Assembly (NCBI GenBank): GCA_951406725.2
Contig: OX597826.1
Span: 47,120,001-47,184,000 of the forward strand
Direction: 5' to 3'
From: Octopus vulgaris
Taxonomy: Eukaryota
DNA length: 64,000 nt
Each line of letters starts with the position of its first letter. Positions within the stretch are counted from its first letter, which is position 1. Shown piece after piece: positions 37,766 to 54,479 of the stretch. Made by a program: the position numbers and the translations under genes. The notes beneath the pieces are model-generated. The model worked only from the letters and a program-made list of their open reading frames with translations, had not been told where the DNA came from and searched no databases.

Positions 37766-38235
37766 AGAGGCAAAAAAAAAAAAAAAAAAATCACGTTACC
37801 GTCTATTATTTTTACTACTTCTATCTCGTTTAGAGATTTTAGAAAAGCTAGTCTGCTCGTTACTAGATCAGCGACTATCTGCCGCTTCTCTGTCTATATA
37901 TTGTGAGTAAGGACGATTGACTGCCACCTCTAGCAGGAAGGTATCCGGTACCGAAGACAAGTAAAATAAACCCCAGAAACCATGGTCTATTGGTCTTGCC
38001 AAGTTGGAGAAGAGTGATTCGCTCCCCTACTGAAAGTACACTGGGCACAGATTGTATGTCGTTAACTAGCTAGAAGACGTTTTCCTGAGGTTGAAGTATA
38101 GTAACATAGTTCTTTATTGAACGGTCACGCTATAGTAGCAGAAAGCGTTACTTTATATATATATATATATATTTATATGCATGTATGTATGTATGAATGC
38201 ATGTATATATGTATGTATGCATATATATATATATT

Positions 38236-38266
<31 letters not shown>

Positions 38267-38668
38267 GCATATACATACACACATTTACATATATACATAT
38301 ACGCATACGTATATATTCTATATACATACATGCATATACATATGTGTATGAATGCAGTGAATAGCTTCGTTGTAAGTAATATTTTCCCACGTAGTGAGTT
38401 GTGGTGAAATATATAAGATGAAGGAAATGCAGAGACTGTATATCCTTTTCTTTATGAGTTAATATATTTAAAAAGCCAACGGGTTTCACTTTAGCTAATC
38501 ATGACTAAGGAATTAATGAAAACATTACAAATTTATGGAATCATATGACAGTATCATACCATATGTATACATACACATGCATACATATATATATGTATAT
38601 GTATATATGCGTATATATATATACATACATATATATATATATATATGTATATTTATAAATATATATAT

Positions 38669-38729
<61 letters not shown>

Positions 38730-38754
38730 ATATATATATAGTACATGCTCCACG

Positions 38755-38900
38755 TCTCACGGTAGGCTTCTCCGAATTTCAGTCACGAACTATCGGTCGG
38801 CCCGGGGATGTAGTAGAAAACACGTAATGAAGTCTCCAAGCAGTAGGACTGTACTCGAAACCAACTAGTTGTAAGGCGACCTTCTTAGCTATACACCCAT
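38755..38900 (-). mobile_element. SINE family C 5' half, diverged
   Basis: ggcttctccgaatttcagtc...tcggcccggggatgtagtagaaaacac...ggactgtactcgaaacca...ttcttagctatacacccatgc parallels 5718-5870. Confidence 0.6.
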
Positions 38901-39725
38901 GCATACATGCATACATACATGCATACATACATGCATACATACATACATACATACATACATACATACATACATACATACATACATACATACATACATACAC
39001 ACATACATATACATACATGTGTGTGTGTGTATAGGGAGAGAGATCAGAGATGGAGATAGATAGATAGATAGACAGATGGATTGAGCGAAAGAGAAAGAGG
39101 GAGTGTTCAGAGAGAAAATTTGCTAATTGCCTTTATAACTAACTTACTCATAAACTTCAAATAGACAGATATTTTAATTGCATTCATTAGACGTATCTTT
39201 TATACACAAGATGAAGTTTGACTTTCTTCGAATTTTCTACTGTATTTGTAATTATTATACTGGTTTTGTAGGTATTATTTTTCGTTGTTAAATTTTTGTG
39301 CAATTTATTCAATATAATAAGCTATCTTTAATTTCTGTTATTTTTCGCAGTGAATTAGATTATTTCGTTTCATTACAAAAACAAAAATGTTTCTTTTTTT
39401 GGTTTATCTTCTATTTAACAATTTCTCAAAGAATTATCTCTCTTAAGATATTATGAATAGTATTCTCTCTTAAGTTTAGAAGTTTCATCTATACAGAATC
39501 TGATAAACGTGAAGCATTATGTATGTGCGTTTGTGTGTGTATAAGTACATAGATTTACATGTGTGTGTGTTTGTGTGTATGTGTGTGCATGCTTGTATGT
39601 ATGTTTTTACGTACGTAATAAATCGATCAATCTATCTGTCTATCAACACATACATGCATACACACAAATACGTGTGCAACTTTATATATATACACATACA
39701 TACATAAATACATATATATATATAC

Positions 39726-39981
39726 AATCAAAATAAGCGACAAGGATATACAGAGGTAATGCAGTACGATCGTTTCACGCAACTCCATTAAATTGAACAA
39801 TGCAATCATTACATCAATTTAAAATGCAGAGCAATCTTCAGCTGAAGTAACGATCGTTGTGCATTACCATTGGATATCCTTGTTGCATGTTCTGATTTTA
39901 ATCACCTTGCTTTGAAATTGTATGGATAATACCGTACTAAATTCTGGTGCCTCAACTTAAGTAGCATATTCGTCTGAATCT
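39726..39981 (-). mobile_element. Short element, family H2, with an internal inverted duplication
   Basis: Homologous to 12472-12699. aaggatatacagaggtaatgcagtacgatcgtt is mirrored by aacgatcgttgtgcattaccattggatatcctt. Confidence 0.72.
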
Positions 39982-40066
39982 ATCTATCTATATACGTATT
40001 ATATATTTATATGCTTGCTCAGACACACACACGTGTGTATATATATGTACATATTCATATATGTGC

Positions 40067-40101
<35 letters not shown>

Positions 40102-40196
40102 TATAAATAATAAATATGTAATATATATACCAAATATACATCTATATCTATATCTATCCATCTATCGATATACCTATCTATCTATCTATCTATCTT

Positions 40197-40238
<42 letters not shown>

Positions 40239-40258
40239 CATCTCTCTCTCTCTCTATG

Positions 40259-40295
<37 letters not shown>

Positions 40296-40383
40296 ATATT
40301 TATATATATGCATGTATGTAAGTATACATACGTATATACATGTTTATATGTGTGTGTGTGTGCGTGTGTGTGTGTGCGTGTGC

Positions 40384-40416
<33 letters not shown>

Positions 40417-43149
40417 TGTGCACTTGAGCACGTAGATACACGCATATATATTCATATAAGCAGGAATTAAATGTGTGCCACTTCAAGTTTTTATTTTCAG
40501 ATCGTGCTGCTCTCTCAAGCATATTGAACCTAATTTCAGATTTTTGTTGAATTACATAAAGAAAAAATATCTTATTAATTGCGACGTTATTACTGTGTAG
40601 TAAATAACTTGAGCTGACATCGCGAATTCAAATTCAAGCAAATGCATTGTGCAAAAGCCAGTTTCGCTAGTTAAAAAAACAAAAAAACCTACTACTATTG
40701 TGAAACTGAATTTCCGTTTATTTCTTGAGCTATCAAAATATTCGTCATACAACGATCACTTAGACATTGATGTAGATTCTTCAATGTGAGCCAACGACCA
40801 CTGGACCTAGGAGTAGACCAAGAACGAAGTGCTTGGTTTATAGTCAGTCTCGCTTAGTACCGTTTGAGAATCCAGCCGGAAAATGTAATGAGAGTTGCAT
40901 CTGATAAGATCTTATAGAAAAATAGCCTCTACTCGCATAACCCCGGAAATAGAGTACGAAGAAAATGGATGGATGGATTTTAATAATCAGTAAACGCAAC
41001 ACATTTTTTCTGCTATTTCTTAGCTCTTTTATATGTTTCAGTCATTGGATTTTTAACCCTGCTGGGTTAACACTTTGAAGTGTTTAGTCATATACTATTT
41101 CTGTTGGGCTGCTTTTGTTCCTTTTTTGCTAAATTACTAATTTACGAGGTCGGAAACAAAAAACCACCGGTTATCCAGTGACACATACATACATGCATAC
41201 ATACATATATACATACATATATACATACATACGTGTGTGTGTGTGGGGGGGAGCTATGTGGTTGCGAAACGAATTTCTAACCACACATCTCTGCCTGCTG
41301 TTATAGTATAATTTTTTTATCTATCACAGTTTTTATCTGTGTTTTTTTCTTCTTCATCGGAACAATAAGCCAGACCGAACCCTACTTAGTTCAATAAATG
41401 TAGAACACCATTTTCTGACCGTCTGAAGCAGCCATAATATTCATATATATTTATACTGGAAACAATAATATTTATATATATTTATGTAGAAATATATAAT
41501 AATATATATATAATATTTATGTAAAAATGTGTTTGTAAAAATCGTCTGCATGTCATTTAGTGACTGCTTGTTTTCTTGTTATTTCTCCCTAAATGTTAGA
41601 ACTGTATCTTATTTGTCCTATCAAAATTTTAATTTATCACTGGTGAAACTGTATGGTAATTTATGGTTTTAGCATCTGTTAGGATGGACACAGACATTAA
41701 TTCTGTATCGAAGCAGGGTGGTGCAGGTCATTACTTGTCACAAGTGTTATTGTTAAGCCAGGCAATTGAAAAGCCAAAAATAATACAAGAAATAATATAA
41801 GTTTTTGGTTTAATTAGATTACTGTTAAAAAAAAACGGTCTAAAAAACAAAAATTTGATGAAAAATTACATCTAAAAACATAAAAAGTAAAAATAAAAAG
41901 GAAAGGAAATTCAAGAGAAAAATACAAAAGATAAAAACTTTTCCAGTAAAAAGAAAGCATTAACTATTTGTATTTGTAAGATTAATATCAGAATTCTTAT
42001 GACGTAAGTAACCACAAAAGAGCTTCTAGATTATCAGTGGTTGATGGTAAATAAAACAGGCTTCTTCTAAACCCAACCGAGTCGAGAATTCACTGCAGCA
42101 ATGTGAATGAACACTTCTATCACTGTTTTGAATTCTGAGTAAAACATGGCTGCAGTGAAGCTGGGTATGAATAAACGAAAATCTTTGACAAAAGTGAGTT
42201 TTGTTTGTAAACCATTCACCATCTTCTGACAACAACTACTGTTTTCATTTCGAAATAGATTTTGAAATGAATAACATGTTATATAAACAAACAGTTTGAA
42301 AAATAAATACATTTTAGAATAATTCCTTTACAGTTCTTCATTCTCGAAAGAATTTTATAGAAATTATATAATAAAGAAAAAAGAAATTCTGAAAGATTCA
42401 AATAATTCTTTACTTCAAATTTTAATGCAAATAATCTTTTTGCCTCATGTTTTAACTGTTCTATGTGGAATTTTTGACGTCCTTACATAAGCTTATAACT
42501 TATGGCTTACTTCATTTTAATAATGTTTTCCTTTCACAATACTCTTCTATATTCGTACAAGGCTACACAGAATCTTGTCAGAGGAAATGTATAACATTGT
42601 CAGGCGGATTGTAAGACGGAGATGACCTCCGAGATATGAAATTTCGGGAGCTAAAGAATGAGGGTTAAATACTAGTAGGCCTCTAGATTGATAATCTACC
42701 GTTTCGTCCAACCCACTATATTGTTTGAATTAAATGTAATGATTCAAATATTAAAACTGTTTCAAACATGGAAGGTAGGCTTAATCCGTCACTCCGTTTA
42801 ACATCCAGGCACATAGTGCCTAAGTTTCTTTAGTAGATTCCGTTCTTACATGCATTTGAGCCACGACTTCGCCATAACGATAACTTCCACACTTCTTCCA
42901 ATCAGTCTGGGAGGCACTGAAAATAATTCATGGATGTTGTGTTTCTTCATCTTATTAAGCATTTAGATACATTCTACTACGGTCTGTACGTTGTGGTATT
43001 CAGCTAAACGTGATAATTAAATCCCTGATGATTAGTTTTATGAGAGAAGTGTTATCATGATCTACAATTTTCAGAAATAAAAACTGTTGAGATTTTAAAT
43101 CATATGCATAAAATTCGACCAGTGATAAACAATAACAAAGACCTTAGGT

Positions 43150-43410
43150 CTATCACATGTCTATCACAGGTTGTCTGGACCGGTGTCTATCCCATTCTTC
43201 ATGGCGTATACATTTTCTAAGAGTACAGTACTTTGCACTAAACCGGACATCAGTTCGTCGCAGCCTTAACACACAACTATTACTGGTATTAATTTTCAGC
43301 GGAGTAGATTGGAGCAATGTAGAGGGAATATTTTGCTCAAAAATATGACGTGCCACCCCCGACCGGGAATTGAAATTATGATTTCACCATCGTGAATTTA
43401 ATATTCTAAC
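43150..43410 (-). mobile_element. Diverged tRNA-type SINE (family A-like head)
   Basis: Minus-strand head gaaggaacatagcctatttgttagaata...ttcaattcccggtcgggg, then ...ttgagcaaaata...ttgctccaatctactccgctgaaaat. A related copy lies at about 59150-59420. Confidence 0.55.
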
Positions 43411-43544
43411 AAATAGGCTATGTTCCTTCGCAAAACATAAAAATGTCTGTTATCAACTGACATGAAGATCATCATACTGTGTGTTATAATCTAACAAAAC
43501 CATAGTTGACGAGAGCTACTAAATACAAAGTAATGAGTCTTCCT

Positions 43545-43760
43545 AATTTTGGTACAAAGCTAGTAATTTTGAAGGGAGGCGGACAATCAATCATATAGAA
43601 ACAAGTAATTGATTGGTCCTTATTTTATCGACCCTTAAAAGATGAAAGTCAAATTTGAGTTCGACATATTTGAACTCAAAGCGTTATGAAGAAATTCTGC
43701 TTTGCATTTTGCCCGACACTGTAGATATTCTGCCAGGTATTCTGCCAGGTTGCTGCTTTA
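43545..43760 (-). mobile_element. SINE family B, diverged
   Basis: ttttggtacaaagctagtaatttt...tattttatcgacccttaaaagatgaaagtcaaa...attctgccagg. Another diverged + strand copy lies at about 44060-44240. Confidence 0.7.
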
Positions 43761-44442
43761 ATACAAAGTGACGATGAAATCTAAAATGCCTTGTAGTCAG
43801 GTAAGGTCCTTCGGGGCTAAAAAGTAGCTTAAGGGTCTCCATTTAATCAGAGGTAACTTAAATCAATACCTAGATAAAACACTTTTAATTCACAGCTCAG
43901 AGTCTCTTACTATATGTACCTGAATCAGTTAAGGGTGTCAAATATATCACTTCACACACACACACACAACATATATATATACACAGACGACTTGTATTCC
44001 TGACTTATTATTATTCTGTCTTAACTAAATGGAAATGTATTATTTTGTAGTGATTACATCGGTGAGTTGTAAGCCTCGTTAGTGCGTCGGATGAAATAAT
44101 AAACGACATTTTCTTCCGGTTCTTTACGTTCTAAGCTCAGATTCCACCGATGTCAACTTTGCCTTCTAGCGTCTACCTATCGATAAAGTAAGCACTAGCT
44201 GAGTCAATGTAATCGACTCAATTGCTGGCCTAGTAAAAAAATCAGAAACAATTATTTTTTGGTCGTTAGCTGAATGAATAAAAAATATGCTATTCTTTTA
44301 GACATACATACATATTTACTTACATATATACGTACATACACATACACATGCACACGCACACATATATTCATACATATATACATATATACATATATACATA
44401 AATACATACATATATATTTGTATGTATATATATTAATATATA

Positions 44443-44507
<65 letters not shown>

Positions 44508-45169
44508 TGGAAGCGGCAGCATCGCTTTTTTAAATTGAATATTTTCATTCGGGTGCCTTCATTTACCTGTTCCCGTCTGTTTAACTGATGCTACCTCTCT
44601 TGCACGTAAATGAATGCCTACAAGGAATTAATATTCTTGATGCTAGGTATGTAACTGGGTTTAATCCAACGTCACCAACAATAGTAGTATTCATAATAAT
44701 ATTGCTAACAATACTAAAAAGTTCCATGCAAATCTTTCGCTTTATTATGAAGATGTTTGCGTATTAACTTTCACTGTAAACTTATCACTGAAAGTTAAAC
44801 ACATCACGTATTTAAAAATTTTTTTATGGGTTTAAGATATAAAAATATTAGCAAAGGATGCCAACATCTTTAGTTCTCTACTACTTCCAATATGGCAGAA
44901 TAATTTATCGAAAAGTAATTAGAAGGCGGTTCGCCATTTATATATTGCTTCCGGTAATATTGTCTCGTTTCTTCAACAGCGGTTTTCATTTCCTTTTCTT
45001 TTGCATTACTTCCGGTCCTAGATTTGTTTCCTATTATTTTGCCAGCGTTCCTGTTTTTAAAAGCTTCAAATCCAATTTATTTCCGATCTTTCTTTAAAAA
45101 GGAAAATAGAAGTAAAATACACACATACACACATATACAAATACATGTATACAAGCACACACATCTATC

Positions 45170-45289
<120 letters not shown>

Positions 45290-45304
45290 GTGTATATATA
45301 TATG

Positions 45305-45337
<33 letters not shown>

Positions 45338-45810
45338 GTATATATATATCCATCCATATATATCTATGTATACATATACTTATTTATTTATGTATGCATG
45401 TATGTATCAGTTAATTTTCACACTTGCAGGCAACAATAATAATTTCAGAAAAGATATTTCCTAGTTAACTACTGCGAGAATAAAATGTTTGTCTCTTAAC
45501 AGACTATCATGTGGCAGAGATGGAGGAGGGCGGCGTTTGGAGGATAAAGAAAAGAGTGAGACATACAGAAATTGAAATGAATAAACATTGTGCCGGTGAT
45601 GCAGTAGTTAACGTGCCATCAAACACTGCTTATTCTTGCGGATGGTAGAATGATAGAAGCTGGAAGAAAGGCGTCGATATGTTACAAATCACATCTTTTG
45701 TGACATGAAGTTTAGAAAAAGCTTTGAAGACATTTAGTTTCATTTCCTGAGATAACATTAAATGAGTGAAAGAGGAGGTGATGGAGGGAGAGAGAGAGAG
45801 AAAGTGAGAT

Positions 45811-45866
<56 letters not shown>

Positions 45867-46157
45867 AGAACAGAATAAGAAACGGTGAGTTAGAGACAGA
45901 GCAACAGTGAATAACACAGAGAAAATAAGAAGGAAAGGAAAAATCTTTGGCTCCCTTTAAGAAATTATATACATATATATATATATGTGTGTATGTATGT
46001 GTGTGTGCGTATGTGTGTGTGTGTGTATGTATGTATATACACACACACATACACACATACACATACACACACACACACATATATATATATAGATGGATGG
46101 ATATATATATATATATATATATATATAGATAGATAGATAGATAGATAGTTAAATAGG

Positions 46158-46203
<46 letters not shown>

Positions 46204-46223
46204 TATAGATAGATATATAGTAT

Positions 46224-46293
<70 letters not shown>

Positions 46294-46499
46294 CCAAATA
46301 TGTATACACACACACAAACGCATACATACACGCGCGGACACATATAAACATACGTATTGAGATATAAATAAATAACATGTACTCAATACACGTGGAAGAG
46401 TATGTATATATTTAAAGCTGCTGACAGTCTCTCTTTCTATTCAGTTTTTTTGCGATGTGCACTCATCAAACGACACAAGCATGGACAAACAATTTATTG

Positions 46500-47277
46500 C
46501 AATTCGGGAAATTTAAGACGGCAAAGGTTAAGTTGAATTATTCGAGTTTTAGCAGTCAGTATTTGGTCAGATCATAAAGCAACGTATCTCTAGTAGGATG
46601 CTTGGTGTCTATAGAAATATTCAACTTTTTTGTCACGTAGATTTCAGTGTGTAAGGCAGATAAACAATACATATAAAAGATGATTATTTGTTCACGTGAG
46701 TCGACGCCTCAAACGGTAGCGTCCTGTTTTTATTTAGCATAGTGAAAACGTTGGACCAGCTAGGATCATACTGAAGGGTTACTTACCGACCTCTCTACCG
46801 GGCACAATTTGGAATTTTACAGAAGAATACAGGGCTGCTGGTTATAGTTATCTTGCTATTCAATTCTTAGAAATTCTAAATAGAAACTGAACGTAATTTA
46901 GATTAATTTTGTTTTTTTCTTTAGAAAGTAAGTATTTTGTACGCGTCTAATTTTAAAAGTACTTTCTGTTACAGGCTTCCTTCATGTGTCACTAGGATTA
47001 ACTGATTAGTGAGATGCTTCTTAAATTTTCATTGAGGTACAGTTAGATTCAATATGCCCCTTCACTCAGTTATATACACTTTTACTAATACTCTCTACTG
47101 AGCTGTAATGGTTGGAAACATTCATTCATATAACGTATAACGGTATTTGGGTTTCTATAGAGGCAGAACCACTATGGATTCACCGAACACGTTGAAGATA
47201 GTTATAACTAGTGCTAACAGATACAGTAGTTAAAAATAGGCTTGTTAGATTATATAGACTTATGTGTGTGCATGCGC

Positions 47278-47344
<67 letters not shown>

Positions 47345-47409
47345 TATTTATACATATATGTATACATACATACATACATGTATAAATATATATATAATGT
47401 AGTATATAT

Positions 47410-47454
<45 letters not shown>

Positions 47455-47900
47455 CATGAATTACTCAGAGAGAAAGGGCAACATCCGTGACCTTTGTATG
47501 ACTTTATAGCGTAATGAGAAAATGTGGGTTCTGTTCAATGCTCTGTAGCTTGGTGGCTCTCTTGCCATACCAAAATGTACTAAATTGTAGGATGCACTGA
47601 TTAGGCAAAGTGTATAGAACGATGTAAGATGAGAATACAGTGAAGATTACAATAACAACAAAAAAGGAGCAAATTTATCGGTTGACGAGAGGAGAGAATG
47701 AAGATTCGGTTGAAATGGTGAAGAGAATAAATAGACGCGTTTCTGTAACAGAGCTTGTAATGTGTTCATAACGACAGATTGCTTGACAATAAACGTAGTG
47801 ATACTTTATGAAATTCTCTTGGATGTTTTGGATGTTTATGTGTGTGTATGTATTGCAAAAATACTGTTTCAAAACCTTGATCAATAATCTAGTGTGTTTT
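46500..47900 (-). pseudogene. Possible very old LINE ORF2 remnant
   Basis: Minus-strand fragments occur in the expected order: HINIQNI...VTETRL (APE N-terminus-like, about 47850-47735), ENLRSISLIS (NYRPISL-like, about 47030-47000) and PFSMILAGPTFSL (PQGSILGPxLF-like, about 46780-46740). Heavily decayed. Confidence 0.3.
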
Positions 47901-48322
47901 ATACAGTTTCTAGAGTGCCAGTCACCAGATCAGGGTTGAACTATTTTCAAAAGTAAAAGAGGACTTTGTTTTTTTCTTCGTGATGGTGCTTGAGAGAATT
48001 TTATTGTCTGTATACGTACAGTATTGAGCTATAAAACACACCAGCAGCAAAATATAGTAGCTTTACCGTTAAGAATGTTGCGTGAAGTTTCACTTTTTAT
48101 TGAGAATGAGAAGCGATGGTTAGATAGCCTTCTGTTAAGTTAGTAGCAGACCTCTTGGCAAAATTGAAGAAGTTTCAGTTGCAACTTTAGGGGCGAAGAA
48201 GAATTCAGGTCATGTTATCAACGAAAGTATTTACTGCTTTCGCAATTTTAATTATAGAGGCATTGATGAGACTGATACATATCTTATAATGTGATATGAG
48301 ACAAACCTTCTTGTGTTGTTGT

Positions 48323-48580
48323 GAAGGTGCGTGGCTAAGGGTTTAGGGTAATAGGTTTATGATTGTAAGGTCGTGGGTTTCAGCTGGCAAAAGTAGGGTG
48401 TACCTGTAATTCAAAAGCCATCCATGTCACATTCTGTGTCACACTGAATCTCCTTGAGAACTATGTTAAGGGCACGTGGGTCTAGAGTGCTCAGTCACAT
48501 ACACGCTGATTCCATAGATGGATGTTCTGTTGAGCGGATCAACTAGAGCCTACCTTCGTCATCTTAACCGAAGATCGCCA
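48323..48580 (+). mobile_element. SINE family A, diverged and internally deleted
   Basis: tgtacctgtaattcaaaag...tgtcacattctgtgtcacactgaatctccttgagaactatgttaagggcacgtg matches the reverse complement of 28330-28412. Confidence 0.75.
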
Positions 48581-49565
48581 CTTTTTTTTCCTATATTGTT
48601 AGGTGTATTCCAGGAGTATGTGATGAAATATAGCAGGCTGTGAAACATTTTGGAATTTGTGTTGTTGTGAGATAAGACTGCATGGATGCTTTAGAAGAAA
48701 GGATATACTTGGTAGAATATCGTTTGTTTAACGGTTTCTGACAGTTGCTGCTAAGTGTAGTGTCGGTTGATGTCTCTGAGTTCCGTCAGATAAGGGATGC
48801 TCATACAGTCAAGACTTTAAGGTGTAGCATTTATTGTCGAGAAAACAAAAACGTGTACGTTTTGATTCAACGTACCATTGGCACAAAAGTGATTATTTTG
48901 ATAGAACCAAAAGCACCTTTTAATCTATGCTGGTTACATATAATTGGCCAAGTGACTAGATGGGTTGCCCTGTATGACAATGAGGCCATTTGCCCCAGAT
49001 AGAATATCTACAAAACCTATAGAGTAAATTTTAGTCATCAACATTTTTTAATGTGATACTTCACTAAATTAGACAGTAATAGTACAATAGCTTACGGGCT
49101 GGAAGGTTAAACGTCAAAGAATATATGTGATTCTCATGTGATAGGTCGTAAAATAACGGTGTTAGATTTTTACCTGAAACACAATAAGATACATCATTCT
49201 GAAAGTGACAGAAGATTATGGAAAGTGTTATTTTGTGTAAGAGATAACTCAGTATGCAAGAAGTTTCGAATCAGATTGGAGGTGATATTCTATTTTTGAC
49301 AGAGTTAGTGCTTCTAAACGTCATGTATCACTTCCACCTAAATCCTAAGATTATCTTTATGATTCACACAGACACATATGCATGTACACACGCAAACACA
49401 CACATATCTATATATGAGCACATGTATATAAGCATAAAATATTTATGCATAGGTGTGCATATATACATATTACGTGTGTGTGTGTATCTATATGGATATG
49501 GGTATATGCATTTATTTATATATGTGTAGCATGCATACATATATAGATTCATACACACACACACA

Positions 49566-49623
<58 letters not shown>

Positions 49624-49714
49624 CGTATTTATGAATATACACACGGATGCATAAAATGGTATGCTCATTGAAGTATATGTGTAAGCTACACAGTAGATAT
49701 ATACACACACACAC

Positions 49715-49745
<31 letters not shown>

Positions 49746-50139
49746 TGTATGTATGTGTGTATGTATGTATGTTTGTACGTATTTGCTTACATATCCATAT
49801 GGCTATGTATACCGACGCATAAGAGAATGTAATTATATCAGCTAATGACGAGAATATTTTACACTTTTTCGTTTTTTTCTTTTTTTATGCATTATTGGTA
49901 TAAAGTTCTACTGTTAAATATGTTAAATATATATAAGCAACTGTCTGTTGTTAGCTAATGCCAACTTTGCTCACAGCAAATCATTTTATTGTAAAACTAC
50001 ATTCACAGTCATTAAGATGTGCAAATAGCTCGCCATGACACCTAACATCACAGCGAAAATTATGTTTTTTAATTACTATTAATTTGCTGTTGAAGATATG
50101 GGGAAGTTTTAGAATTTTTATAGAGAAACAAAGACGGAA

Positions 50140-50179
50140 AGTAGTAGTAGTAGTAGTAGTTGTGGTGGTGGTGGTGGTG

Positions 50180-50229
<50 letters not shown>

Positions 50230-50640
50230 GGTGGTGGTGGTGGTGGTGGTGGTAGTAGTAGCAGTAGCAGCAGCTATATACGATTACTTGTTGAATAGCT
50301 CATTATACAGGCCATTAAATCTAGATAATTTGTTGTTACCGTTGTTGTTGATGATGATGTTGCTGTTATTTCTATGTGTATTGTTGTTGTTCTTGTTGCT
50401 GCTGCTGCTGTTGTTGTTGTTGTTGTTGATGTTAATACAGTCTTTTATTTTTCTTGTTGTTATGATTGTTGTTGCTGTTACTGTTGCTGCGTTTATTTAA
50501 TTGCTTCCAGTCGTCATCGTTGGCATCGTTACTCTTATTAATACTGTTCTTGTTGTTATTGTCGTTGTCGCTTGTATCTCTATTACTGCTATTATTGCCT
50601 TTGTTCTTGTTCTTGGCATTGTTTTTGTTGTTAGTGGCCT
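50140..50640. repeat. Compound (GTA)n(GTG)n(GTT)n low-complexity tract
   Basis: Directly visible. Confidence 0.9.
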
Positions 50641-50651
50641 TCTCGTTGGTA

Positions 50652-50800
50652 TGGCAGAATGGTTAGCACGCCGGGACGAAATGCTTAGCGGTATTTCGTC
50701 TGCCGTTACGTTCGGAGTTCAAATTCTGCCAAGGTCGACTTTGCCTTTCATCCTTTCGGGATCGATTAAATAAGTACCAGTTACGCACTGGGGTCGATCC
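50652..50800 (+). mobile_element. SINE family B, 3'-truncated next to a Dong-like fragment
   Basis: tggcagaatggttagcacgccgggacgaaatgcttagcggtatttcgtc...gcctttcatcctttcgggatcgattaaataagtaccagttacgcactggggtcgat. Confidence 0.85.
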
Positions 50801-50809
50801 GTTTGTATG

Positions 50810-51360
<551 letters not shown>

Positions 51361-51374
51361 TATTGATCTTTTCT

Positions 51375-51487
51375 TCTCTAGGCATAAGGCCCGAAATTTT
51401 TGAGGGAGGCGGCCAGTCGATTAGATCGACCCCAGTACCGCTAAGCATTTCGCCCGTCGTGAACGTTTCTGCCAGCTCGCCGCCTTG
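51375..51487 (-). mobile_element. SINE family B, internally deleted
   Basis: aggcataaggcccgaaatttttgagggagg...gtcgattagatcgaccccagtaccgctaagcatttcgccc...ttctgccagctcgccgcctt. Confidence 0.8.
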
Positions 51488-51539
51488 ATGATGATGTTCA
51501 TGATGACGACGTCGACGATGACGATGACGATGACGATGT

Positions 51540-51581
<42 letters not shown>

Positions 51582-51600
51582 CGACGACGACGACGACGAT

Positions 51601-51820
51601 AAGAGCAAGAAGAATTCGAAAAATCAGCTAAATGCAAGGACCAAGAGATAGAAATCCCCAAAAATACCTTGAAAAATCAAATATACATGATGTCCAAAAG
51701 ATTACACTAACCTCATCAGCCCATTCCTTGAGAAAATTTCTATCGTAGTAACATAGTCACCAGCTTTAGATCTCAGACAGAGACCCGGCTATTAGCTGAA
51801 AATGTCCCGAAATCAAGATC
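51601..51820 (+). pseudogene. Older R4/Dong-like 3' fragment (third family)
   Basis: Translates EEFEKSAKCKDQEIEI and IHDVQKITLTSSAHSLRKFLS, paralleling QKLSKYKDLEIEI and MAEVQKIVLMGTAHILRKILS. It has a distinct 3' UTR and ends in (TAA)n. Confidence 0.65.
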
Positions 51821-51842
51821 TAATAATAATAATAATTATTAT

Positions 51843-51886
<44 letters not shown>

Positions 51887-51900
51887 TAATAATAATAATA

Positions 51901-53878
<1,978 letters not shown>

Positions 53879-53896
53879 CATTATTATTATTATTAT

Positions 53897-54397
53897 CATT
53901 TTTTCTTCTTCCTTCAAATTTGCTTCCATTTCTTGCCGAGTGTCTTCCCGACTTGTAGGGCAAAGAAACTCATAGTATACATTGGTAGGCCATTAAACTA
54001 AACTCACTAGTTCGTTCATTTTCTTTTTTTTGATAGAAATAAAGTTAAATTAAAATACATGGGTAGTAATAGTTCTCACATCGACAATGCTCTTCTCAAT
54101 ACGTGTGATGTACCAGTTAAGACAATCTTTTGCACTTCTTGCAGGGATGGTAACCCAGGGAATCATTCTCATATAATTTTCGGTTCCCTTCTTGATCATT
54201 CCTAGTGCTCCTACGATCACTGGTATTGTAACCGCCTTGAGATGCCACATTTTCTCAATTTCAATGAGCAGGTCTTTATATTTTCTGAGCTTGTCAAACT
54301 CTTTCGCCGAGATATTATGATCACAGGGGATGCTCATGTCGATCAATAAGCAAACTTTATTGTTTTGGTCTTTCACAACAATATCCGGTTTATTGGC

Positions 54398-54400
<3 letters not shown>
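53897..54400 (-). mobile_element. R4/Dong-like family B, 3' fragment (RLE and 3' UTR)
   Basis: KANKPDIVVKDQNNKVCLLIDMSIPCDHNISAKEFDKLRKYKDLLIEIEKMWHLKAVTIPVIVGALG. The 3' UTR differs from family A. (TAA)n on the element's sense strand at both ends. Confidence 0.9.

Positions 54401-54478
<78 letters not shown>

Positions 54479-54479
<1 letters not shown>

Noticed and set aside
37921-37937. CTCF-like motif ctgccacctctagcagg
   Set aside because: Spacing deviates from the consensus, and it resembles a degenerate repeat (ggctgctatttctagc-like) also seen near 23920, 57565 and 61585-61795.
44764-44798. 10-bp inverted repeat ttaactttca/tgaaagttaa
   Set aside because: Short and AT-rich; within chance expectation for 64 kb.
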